From: Solirubrobacterales bacterium
Lineage (GTDB): Bacteria > Actinomycetota > Thermoleophilia > Solirubrobacterales > Solirubrobacteraceae
Assembly: GCA_040255945.1 (NCBI GenBank)
Contig: JBDZVZ010000004.1
Span: 19,290-83,289, forward strand
Direction of reading: 5' to 3'
Length of the DNA stretch: 64,000 nucleotides
The notes beneath the pieces were generated by a model. It had not been told where the DNA came from and ran no database searches. It saw only the letters and a list, made by a program, of their open reading frames with translations. Of this stretch, positions 1 through 7,054 are shown one piece after another; positions within the stretch are counted from its first letter, which is position 1, and each line of letters begins with the position of its first letter. Both the position numbers and the translations under genes were made by a program.

Positions 1-2
1 CC

Positions 3-218
3 CGCTCGGCGGTCGGCACCGTCCAGAACCGCGCCGACGCCGCCGGTGCCCGCCTCGATCAGCTCGAGGAGGTCGCCACGAAGGTGCTCAGCGATGTCAC
101 CGGCACCGACATCGTCAAGGCGCTCTCCGACTTCAGCTCCCAGCAGTACGCGTACCAGGCCGCCCTGCGTGCCGGCGCGTCGATCATCCAGCCGTCGCTC
201 ATGGACTTCCTCCGCTGA
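3..218 (+). CDS. flgL: flagellar hook-filament junction protein FlgL, C-terminal fragment (5' end outside window)
   Basis: Frame is open from the window edge to TGA 216-218. The tail ...SDFSSQQYAYQAALRAGASIIQPSLMDFLR is a flagellin-family C-terminal helix. Its position directly upstream of fliW-csrA-fliC matches the Bacillus flgL-fliW-csrA-hag order. Confidence 0.55.
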   Translation, partial: RSAVGTVQNRADAAGARLDQLEEVATKVLSDVTGTDIVKALSDFSSQQYAYQAALRAGASIIQPSLMDFLR

Positions 219-259
219 TGCACGGCGTGACCCATCACAACGAAGGAGACGACGCACGC

Positions 260-709
260 ATGGACGTGACGCTCCAGTCGAGCCGCTTCGGGGAGATCAC
301 CGTCTCGCCCGACGCGATCATCGACTTCCCGTCGGGCCTCATCGGCCTGGGCGGTCACCGGTTCGCCCTGCTCGCCCGCAGCGAGGAGTCGGCCTTCGCG
401 TGGCTGCACTCGCTCGACGACCCCGAGCTTGCCATCCCCGTCACCGACCCCTGGAGGTTCTTCGACGACTACGAGATCGAGATCTCCGACGAGGAGGCCG
501 ACCGGATCGGCGTCACCGATCCGCAGGACACGTCCGTGTACGTCACGGTCCGTGCGGCGGCCGCTCTCGAGGATTTCTCAGCCAACCTTCGCGCGCCGAT
601 CCTCGTGGTCGGCGGCACCGGGCACCAGGTCATCAACCAGGTTCCCGACGCCCCCGTCCGCGCCCCGATGTTCACCGGGCTGCAGGAGACGCCGACGAAG
701 GCCGCATAG
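260..709 (+). CDS. fliW: flagellar assembly factor FliW
   Basis: ATG 260 is preceded by GAAGGAG (242-248). MDVTLQSSRFGEITVSPDAIIDFPSGLIGLGGHRFALL...NLRAPILVV is colinear with Bacillus FliW (F.nGIPGF ... NLqAPvii). csrA lies immediately downstream. Confidence 0.85.
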   Translation: MDVTLQSSRFGEITVSPDAIIDFPSGLIGLGGHRFALLARSEESAFAWLHSLDDPELAIPVTDPWRFFDDYEIEISDEEADRIGVTDPQDTSVYVTVRAAAALEDFSANLRAPILVVGGTGHQVINQVPDAPVRAPMFTGLQETPTKAA

Positions 710-761
710 CGCCGTCGGTACGCTCGCACCTCACTGATCCGTTCCAAGGAGGAGCCCCAAG

Positions 762-995
762 ATGCTCATCATCACCCGTCGTCCCGGAGAGAAGATCATG
801 GTCGGTGACGATGTCGTGGTCGAGGTGATCGAGGTCAGCGGGTCGAGCGTGCGTATCGGCATCGCCGCCCCCAAGTCGATTCCCGTCTACCGGGAGGAGA
901 TCTGGGAGGCGGTCAAGGCGGAGAACCAGGCCGCCGCAGCAGTCGAGGTCGACGAACTTCCCGACGACCTCCCCACTCCCACCAGGAAGCGTTAA
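762..995 (+). CDS. csrA: carbon storage regulator / translational repressor CsrA
   Basis: MLIITRRPGEKIMVGDDVVVEVIEVSGSSVRIGIAAPKSIPVYREEIWE is the canonical CsrA fold sequence. An AAGGAGG Shine-Dalgarno lies upstream (746-752). Confidence 0.92.
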   Translation: MLIITRRPGEKIMVGDDVVVEVIEVSGSSVRIGIAAPKSIPVYREEIWEAVKAENQAAAAVEVDELPDDLPTPTRKR

Positions 996-1025
996 CCGCA
1001 CCAGTACCACTCGTCCTCATCGGGC

Positions 1026-1085
1026 GACCCCGGACGTCAACGGCACGGGGGGTCGATCCACGGACAGGAAAGGAACGACAGGATG
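1026..1085 (+). promoter_or_regulatory. fliC 5' leader with candidate CsrA binding sites (GGA motifs)
   Basis: Hairpin GACCCC(1026-1031)/GGGGTC(1049-1054) presents GGA (1032-1034) in its loop. Further GGA motifs lie at 1062, 1067, 1072 and 1081, overlapping the SD (AGGAAAGGA) and the start codon. This parallels the two-site CsrA operator of the B. subtilis hag leader. Confidence 0.35.
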
Positions 1086-1892
1086 TCACTCCGAATCACC
1101 CAGAACCTCGAGGCGATGAACGCCTCCCGCCACCTCCAGAACAACGCGTCGGCTGTGACGCGCTCGATGGAGCGTCTCTCGTCCGGCTACCGCATCAACC
1201 GCGGGGCCGACGACGCCGCCGGTCTCGGCATCTCCGAGAACATGCGGGCGCAGATCCGCGGCCTCGCGATGGCCCAGCGCAACATCCAGGACGGCGTCTC
1301 GCTCGTCCAGACCGCCGAGGGCAACCTCGACCAGGTCCACTCGATGCTGCAGCGCATGCGCGAGCTCGCGGTCCAGTACCGCAACGGCGCGCTGTCGCAG
1401 GCCGGCCGCGACGCCATCCAGACCGAGGTCAACCAGCTCGCGTCCGAGATCGAGCGCATCGGCACGTCGGCGATGTTCAACGGCATCACGCTGCTCGGCC
1501 AGAACGGCTCGGTGACGTTCCAGGTCGGCGCCAACGACGGCGAGACGATCAGCGTGTCGCTCATCGACCTGAAGTCGTCGCTCGGGACCGCCTACTACAA
1601 CCTGAGCGCCACCAACAGCGCCGACCTCTCCGAGATCGACGCGGCCATCACGGCGATCAGCTCGACCCGTTCGACGTTCGGCGCGGTCCAGAACCGCCTG
1701 GAGCAGACCCTGCAGGTCACGTCGGCCTACCAGGAGAACCTCACGGCGGCCGAGTCGCGCATCCGCGACGTCGACATGGCCGAGGAGATGGTCAACCTCA
1801 CGAAGAACCAGATCCTCCAGCAGGCCGGCCAGTCGATGCTCGCCCAGGCCAACCAGGCGCCGCAGCAGGTGCTGCAGCTCCTCCGAGGGTAA
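1083..1892 (+). CDS. fliC: flagellin
   Basis: N-terminus MSLRITQNLEAMNASRHLQNN...LSSGYRINRGADDAAGL and C-terminus ...QILQQAGQSMLAQANQAPQQVLQLLRG are the conserved flagellin N and C domains. It is a short 269-aa form with no large variable domain. Confidence 0.93.
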   Translation: MSLRITQNLEAMNASRHLQNNASAVTRSMERLSSGYRINRGADDAAGLGISENMRAQIRGLAMAQRNIQDGVSLVQTAEGNLDQVHSMLQRMRELAVQYRNGALSQAGRDAIQTEVNQLASEIERIGTSAMFNGITLLGQNGSVTFQVGANDGETISVSLIDLKSSLGTAYYNLSATNSADLSEIDAAITAISSTRSTFGAVQNRLEQTLQVTSAYQENLTAAESRIRDVDMAEEMVNLTKNQILQQAGQSMLAQANQAPQQVLQLLRG

Positions 1893-1918
1893 TCGCCTTC
1901 CGCATCCGGTGGGCCCGC

Positions 1919-1948
1919 GGGCCGTCGCTTCTCACGAAGCGGCGGCCC
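1919..1948 (+). terminator. stem-loop downstream of fliC (candidate intrinsic terminator)
   Basis: GGGCCGTCGCTTC-TCAC-GAAGCGGCGGCCC forms a 13-bp stem (one G:U) with a tetraloop, 27 nt after the fliC TAA. There is no U-tract, which is common in high-GC actinobacteria. Confidence 0.4.
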
Positions 1949-2035
1949 GTGGTCGTTGGACGCCGCCCTCATGGAGGACATCTCCGCGATGGGCGAGGGC
2001 CTCGCCGACCCGTTCGAGCGGCCCGGCCGCTAGGT

Positions 2036-2226
2036 GTGGGGCTCCTGCTCGACACGTCCGTCCTCCTCGGAGCAGACGGCCGTCCCGCCGCCGCCGCCGA
2101 CGAGGAGGTGTTCATCGGCGCCGTCTCCGTGGCCGAGGGCTGGCCCTCGTCACCCACGACGTCAAGGACTTCGCGATCCTCGAGGACCTCGTGGACGTTC
2201 GGGCGGCCGGAGCGGCCGGAGCGTGA
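2036..2226 (+). pseudogene. decayed PIN-domain (VapC-like) toxin remnant
   Basis: The frame from GTG 2036 reads GLLLDTSVLLG...EEVFIGAVSVAEG, a PIN N-terminal signature. From about 2140 a different frame reads LALVTHDVKDFAILEDLVDV*, a PIN C-terminal signature. The roughly 70 central residues are missing. A short upstream ORF ending ...MGEGLADPFERPGR* (TAG 2031-2033) looks like an antitoxin tail. Confidence 0.35.
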
Positions 2227-2230
2227 GGGC

Positions 2231-3493
2231 TCAGCCGGTCCCGGCGCCGGCCCGGTAGTGGTCGAGGACCGTCGTCGGATCCAGGACCGTCGTGTAGACG
2301 GCGACCTCGTCGAGTCGGCCGTTGAAGAAGCGGCTCCCGGTGCGCAGGCCGCCGAAGCGGATGTCGCTGGGCTTGTTCAGCGACTGCGTGCCGCCGGTGC
2401 CGGTGGCGACCTGGCCGCCGTCGACGTAGAGCGCGAGCGCCCCGGTCGAGCGCGTGCGCGTGAAGACGACGTGATGCCAGGCGCCGTCGTTGTAGCCCGG
2501 TCCGGACGCGATGGTGGTGCCGGAGGGGCCGACACCCGCCCGGATGACCCCGTTGGGTCCGAACGACGTGCCGAAGTCCTGGTTGTTGGTCAGGAACGAG
2601 TCGTCGTCGGCGTCGACGAGACCGTTGTAGTTGAACCACTCGGTGCCGCTGCCGGACCCGGCCGAGGTGGCGCGCAGCCAGAACTCGATCGAGAAGTCGT
2701 CCTGGATCGGCCGGTTCGCGGTCGTCGCGTACTGGCCGCTGCTGCCGTCGGTCGCCATCGCCGTGTTCGTGTCGCCGGCGAGCGCGCCGGTGACCCCCAG
2801 CGTCGGGTAGACGGTCCAGGTGATCCCGAACCAGAAGCCGTTGTAGGAGCCGTCCGTGCCGACCTCGTTGACCATCGTCGAGCTCGTGTCGCCCAGCCGC
2901 CAGTAGCCGGCGAGGCCGGTCGTCGCCGTCACGACGCTCCTGTAGCTCTGGATGGTGACGTTGAAGGGGACCGGCCCCGTGGAGTTGCCGTAGACGTCGG
3001 TGGCGGTCACCGTCCAGCTCTGCGTCGTGCCGGTCAGCAGCCCGGTGAGCGCCGTGAGCAGCGGGCTTCGGTAGTTGTAGGTCTTGCCGCCGATGGTCCA
3101 CGGCCCACCGACGGACGTCAGCGTCGTCTGGCCGAGCAGGAACGTGCCTGTGTCGGCGGTGACCGAGGCGACGCCGCTGGCGTCGGTGACGTTGGCGTAG
3201 AAGCGGAAGTCGGCACCCTGCCGGATGACGCCGAGCAGGCCGCCGACGAGCGGGAGCGAGGCGGCCCGCGCCGCCGACCGGCTGCGCGCGGCACTCGCGC
3301 GCGCGGCGTCGGTGCCCGTGTAGGTGGTGCCGTCGGTGATGAGCGGCCCGTTGTATTCGGGCGCCGACGAGAAGCTGTTGACGCCGTTGGACGTCGTGGC
3401 CGTGAACGCGGCGAGCGCGCCGCCGATGCCGGAGCCCGCGACGATGAGGGCGGCCGCGAGCGCGGCGCGACGCGAGATGCGTGACGCCCTCAC
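2231..3493 (-). CDS. secreted LamG/ConA-like lectin-domain protein with SipW/TasA-type N-terminal region and Ig-like middle domain
   Basis: The GTG start at 3493 overlaps the upstream stop (GTGA). N-terminus: RASRISRRAALAAALIVAGSGIGGALAAFTATTSNGVNSFSS. C-terminal LamG motifs: DDFSIEFWL, WHHVVFTRT, LALYVDG, LDEVAVYTTVL. It is a paralog of the C-terminal part of the upstream gene. Confidence 0.8.
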   Translation of the reverse strand: MRASRISRRAALAAALIVAGSGIGGALAAFTATTSNGVNSFSSAPEYNGPLITDGTTYTGTDAARASAARSRSAARAASLPLVGGLLGVIRQGADFRFYANVTDASGVASVTADTGTFLLGQTTLTSVGGPWTIGGKTYNYRSPLLTALTGLLTGTTQSWTVTATDVYGNSTGPVPFNVTIQSYRSVVTATTGLAGYWRLGDTSSTMVNEVGTDGSYNGFWFGITWTVYPTLGVTGALAGDTNTAMATDGSSGQYATTANRPIQDDFSIEFWLRATSAGSGSGTEWFNYNGLVDADDDSFLTNNQDFGTSFGPNGVIRAGVGPSGTTIASGPGYNDGAWHHVVFTRTRSTGALALYVDGGQVATGTGGTQSLNKPSDIRFGGLRTGSRFFNGRLDEVAVYTTVLDPTTVLDHYRAGAGTG

Positions 3494-5355
3494 GGCCCAC
3501 GGCCCTCCCACGCCATCGTCGCGCTCGCGGCCTTCGACGTCGAGTTCGGGTCGGTGCTCAGGGCGACGTCGAACCGGTAGCTGTGCGTCTCGCCGGTGAT
3601 CCACGTCTCGGCCGCGCTGCGCACCGCGTCGAAGTGGGCCTTGACGTCGGCGGCGCTCAGGACGCGGTTGTAGACGGCGATCTCGTCCAGCGCGCCCGCG
3701 TAGTAGTTCGTCCCGGTCAGCGTCCGCCCGATCGACAGCGACGAGGGCTGGGTCAGCGAGGCGGTGCTGGCGCCGGTCAGGCTGCCGGCGGGCGAGCCGT
3801 CGACGTAGAGCGCCAGGGTGCCGCTCGCCCGCGTGCGCGTGAACACGACGTGGTGCCAGACGCCGTCGTTGTAGCCGCCGGAGGCCGACAGGACGGTCTT
3901 GTCCGGGTTGCCGGTGCCCGCGGCGACCCGGCCGTCGGAGCGCAGCGCCACGCCGAAGTCGTTCCAGGCGCCGCTGAGCTCGCCGTCGACGAGGCCCGCA
4001 CCGCCCCACCACTGGGCATCGGTCCCGATGCCCTGGGTGGACTTGAACCACAGCTCGATCGAGAAGTCGTCCTGGATCTGCCGGGTGACGTTGATGTAGT
4101 CGTTGACCCCGTCGAAGCTCGCTGCCCGGTCGCCGTCGCCACCGAGCGCCCCGGTCGTCGCCGTCGGCCCGTTGTTGTAGGCCTGATGGTTGGTGCCCTT
4201 GCTGTCGCGTGCGGTCGACAGCGGCGAGCTGTCGATGAGCCGCAGGTTGTCGACGTGCAGGCCGGCCGCGTTGGACTGGACGGCCGTGCTGCCGGCGTCG
4301 CCGATCTGGACCCCGGCGCGGCCGGCCGCGGAGATCGAGGCGTCGGTTGCGCTGATGCGCTGGGTGCCGTCGACGAGCACACGGATCGTCGACCCCTGCA
4401 GGTCCAGGCGCAGTCGATGGCTCGCGCCGGCCAGCAGGCGCTCGTCGGAGGTGCCGAGCGTCGTCTCGACGCCGTTGACACGCTTGACGAGCTGCCACTG
4501 CGTGTCCTTGTAGCGCGCCAGGTAGTAGGTGCCGTTGGCGTTGGCGGTGTCGAGGCGCCCGACGACGCCGGCCGCATCACCGGCCAGGCGCGACTTCACG
4601 TACAGGTCGGCCTCGACCCGGTAGTCGGCGGTGGCCGGGGCGGCCGACGCGTAGGCCAGCCCGCCCCCGGAGCCGCTCTCACGCAGGCGGTTGGCGTCGG
4701 TCAGGACGAGGTTGTCGGCCAGCGACGGGTGCTTCGTCCACGTCGCGGTGCTGTCGGCGGTGTGGCTCGTCAGCAGCGTGCCCGCGGTCCCGGCGAAGCT
4801 GTCGAGCAGCTTCGGGTCGCCCAGGCGCCAGTACGAGACGAGGCCCGGGTCGGCGAGGACCGTGGAGGCGTAGGTGCTGCCGGCGCGGTCCTGGTCGCCG
4901 GGGTCGACGAGCCCACTCGCCCAGCTCGACGGGTAGCCCGAGAGCGGCCCGCGGTAGAGCACCCCCGAACCGGCGCCGGCGTAGTTCACCGTGTCGGCGG
5001 TGAACCCGGCGCACGAGTCGAACGCCGCGGCGCCGCTGCCGCGGGTGACCGTGAGCGTGAGGTACGGCGCAAGCGCGCCGCTGGGATCGCCGTACTCACG
5101 GACCGTCGCGGGCAGCGTCCCGGTCGACGTGACGTTGATGCAGCTCGTGTCCGTCGTCCCGCCGGGCGCCGACGCCATGCCGAGCATGGCGCTGCCGGCG
5201 TCGTTGTCGGTCAGCGCGACGCTGCCGACGCGCAGCGAGTTGCCCGGGTTCGTCGTCGTGCCGACGAGCGCGGCGTATGTCACGCCGCCGGCGGCGGCGG
5301 CCGCCGCGACGACGAGCACCGCGACGAGCAGGCGCGCCGGGCGGGCGCCGATCAT
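3490..5355 (-). CDS. TasA/camelysin-like domain protein interrupted by two ConA-like (jelly-roll + LamG) modules
   Basis: ATG 5355 overlaps the sipW stop (ATGA). The N-terminus MIGARPARLLVAVLVV...YAALVGTTTNPGNSLRVGSVALTDND and the C-terminus THSYRFDVALSTD...ATMAWEGR match the small TasA-like protein at 6395-6988. The internal LamG motifs are DDFSIELWF, WHHVVFTRT, LALYVDG and LDEIAVYNRVL. Confidence 0.8.
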   Translation of the reverse strand: MIGARPARLLVAVLVVAAAAAAGGVTYAALVGTTTNPGNSLRVGSVALTDNDAGSAMLGMASAPGGTTDTSCINVTSTGTLPATVREYGDPSGALAPYLTLTVTRGSGAAAFDSCAGFTADTVNYAGAGSGVLYRGPLSGYPSSWASGLVDPGDQDRAGSTYASTVLADPGLVSYWRLGDPKLLDSFAGTAGTLLTSHTADSTATWTKHPSLADNLVLTDANRLRESGSGGGLAYASAAPATADYRVEADLYVKSRLAGDAAGVVGRLDTANANGTYYLARYKDTQWQLVKRVNGVETTLGTSDERLLAGASHRLRLDLQGSTIRVLVDGTQRISATDASISAAGRAGVQIGDAGSTAVQSNAAGLHVDNLRLIDSSPLSTARDSKGTNHQAYNNGPTATTGALGGDGDRAASFDGVNDYINVTRQIQDDFSIELWFKSTQGIGTDAQWWGGAGLVDGELSGAWNDFGVALRSDGRVAAGTGNPDKTVLSASGGYNDGVWHHVVFTRTRASGTLALYVDGSPAGSLTGASTASLTQPSSLSIGRTLTGTNYYAGALDEIAVYNRVLSAADVKAHFDAVRSAAETWITGETHSYRFDVALSTDPNSTSKAASATMAWEGRGP

Positions 5356-5849
5356 GACGCCCCGCCCACGACCGCCTCCGCCCGTGCGCCGCGCACGGTC
5401 GCGCGCAGCTCGAGCAGGGCGAGCAGGAAGAGCGGCGTTGCGAGCAGAAGCGCTCCTGCCGGGCCCGAGCGCGCCGCGAGCACGAGGTGGCCCACGAGCG
5501 GGACCCGGTAGACGACCCGCCCGATCCGCCCGTCGGCGGCGACCGTCCAGCGCTCCGGCACGTCGTTGGCGTCGCCCTGGGTGATCATCGCGCGCCGCGC
5601 CCCGGCGGCCTCGCCGGAGACGAGGCGGTGGGTGATGAGCCGGCCCGGGCGCGCGGGGTCGGCGAACGTCACGATGTCGCCGCTGCGCGCCTGTCCGGGG
5701 TGGATCGGCAGCGCGACGACGAGGTCGCCGCGGTGCAGCGTCGGCGCCATGCTGCCCGACAGCACCGTCGCGGGCCGGCCGCCGAACGGGACCGTCGCGA
5801 CCGTGAGGAGCAGCAGGCCGACGGCCAGGCCGGCCACCACCATGGCCAT
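5352..5849 (-). CDS. sipW: signal peptidase I, archaeal/ER (SipW) type
   Basis: 165 aa: an N-terminal TM, SGSMAPTL (catalytic Ser box), GDIVTF, LITHRLV (His box in place of the Lys of the LepB type), ITQGDANDVPE, and a C-terminal TM. Confidence 0.85.
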   Translation of the reverse strand: MAMVVAGLAVGLLLLTVATVPFGGRPATVLSGSMAPTLHRGDLVVALPIHPGQARSGDIVTFADPARPGRLITHRLVSGEAAGARRAMITQGDANDVPERWTVAADGRIGRVVYRVPLVGHLVLAARSGPAGALLLATPLFLLALLELRATVRGARAEAVVGGAS

Positions 5850-5875
5850 GACGCCGATGAGCGTCCGGGCCGGCC

Positions 5876-6376
5876 TCAAGGCGCCGGCTCCCAGCGCGGG
5901 ACGAGCTCGAGGGCGACGTCGAGGCGGCGGGACTCGTAGCCGGTCCGGACCTCGCCCGGCAGCCAGGCGCGCACCGACAGCGGCGCACGCCCGCCGGGCG
6001 CGAGCCGCAGGCGGGGCGGCTGCCAGCCGCGCAGGACGTCGAGCGTTCCGGAGAAGAGCGTGTGGGCCCCGCTGGTCACCCGGACGCGCACGAGCCGGTC
6101 GGCGCGGTCGGCCGGCGGCATCGCGCGGAACCGCAGGCGCAGCGGCTGGCCGGTCTCGTTGACGACCGTCGTCGAGCCGGCCGCCGGGGCGCGGCCCGGG
6201 CGCAGGTCCCCGAAGCCCGCCAGCCGGCCCGCCGGGCGCACGTCCAGCGGCCCGCTGCGGTTGACGAGGACGCTGAGCGCCATCCCGTGCGGCTCGGGGC
6301 GCGCCGGGAGCCGGGCGAACGTGACCGGGGCGGTCGCCGCCGCGCCGAGACCGACCAGAAAGGCGATGCGTCGCAT
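5876..6376 (-). CDS. secreted hypothetical protein of the SipW/TasA-like operon
   Basis: Signal-like N-terminus MRRIAFLVGLGAAATAPVTFA. The remainder looks beta-rich (PLRLRFRAMP, LVRVRVTSG, LSVRAWLPG, DVALELV). I recognise no family. It sits between the tasA-like gene and sipW. Confidence 0.6.
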   Translation of the reverse strand: MRRIAFLVGLGAAATAPVTFARLPARPEPHGMALSVLVNRSGPLDVRPAGRLAGFGDLRPGRAPAAGSTTVVNETGQPLRLRFRAMPPADRADRLVRVRVTSGAHTLFSGTLDVLRGWQPPRLRLAPGGRAPLSVRAWLPGEVRTGYESRRLDVALELVPRWEPAP

Positions 6377-6394
6377 CGAAGGACCAGGCGCGGC

Positions 6395-6988
6395 CTAGTT
6401 GCTGCGCGCCTCCCAGGTGAAGGTGTGCGAGCCCGTGCTCTGGACCGACGTATGGTTGTTGGCCACCGAGTCGTCCTTGGCGGTGAGCGTGAACCGGTAG
6501 GCCACGTTGTCGTTCTGGTTCCAGGCCGCGGCGGCCGCCTTGCCGTCGACGCCGCCGGCCCAGTCGGTGCCGAGCCCGGCGAGCGTCCCGCTGTAGGCGG
6601 TCGAGCTCGCGGCGAAGTCGCCGCAGCTCGGGAAGGCGCCCGTCGTCTGGGTGCCGCGCTCGATCGTCAGGTCGAACGCGCCCCCGTTCGTCACGCCGCT
6701 GCTGACGTAGAGCTTGACCGCGGCGTCCAGCGAGCCGGTGTAGGTGACCTTGAGGCAGCGCACGACCGCCGGGTCGCCGGGAGCGAGGTCCCCGACCGCC
6801 CCGGAGGTGTACATCGCGACGTTGGCGCCGTCGTTGTCGCTGATCGCCACCGAGCCGGCGCTCAGGCTGTTGCCCGGGTTGGTCGTCGTCGCGGTGAAGG
6901 CGGCGAAGACCCCGCCCGCCGCGAGGACCGCGACGGTCGCCAACCCGCCGATCACCCCCAGGAGACGGCGGTGTTTCTGTATCCCCAT
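6395..6988 (-). CDS. TasA/camelysin-like secreted protein with SipW-cognate-type N-terminal region
   Basis: MGIQKHRRLLGVIGGLATVAVLAAGGVFAAFTATTTNPGNSLSAGSVAISDND resembles the TasA/camelysin (SipW-dependent) N-terminal signature. About 197 aa. An alternative GTG start lies at 7009. Confidence 0.75.
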   Translation of the reverse strand: MGIQKHRRLLGVIGGLATVAVLAAGGVFAAFTATTTNPGNSLSAGSVAISDNDGANVAMYTSGAVGDLAPGDPAVVRCLKVTYTGSLDAAVKLYVSSGVTNGGAFDLTIERGTQTTGAFPSCGDFAASSTAYSGTLAGLGTDWAGGVDGKAAAAAWNQNDNVAYRFTLTAKDDSVANNHTSVQSTGSHTFTWEARSN

Positions 6989-7054
6989 GCCCGCGTGGTC
7001 GGCGGGCACCCGGCGTTCTTGATGGGACGGTCGTCCAGCGTCCGGCGCGTCCGC

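Noticed and set aside
996-1082. A sigma-28/SigD-type promoter (TAAA-N15-GCCGATAA) upstream of fliC.
   Set aside because: I could not find a convincing match in the 87-bp csrA-fliC spacer. fliC may be transcribed from further upstream or from a divergent promoter type.
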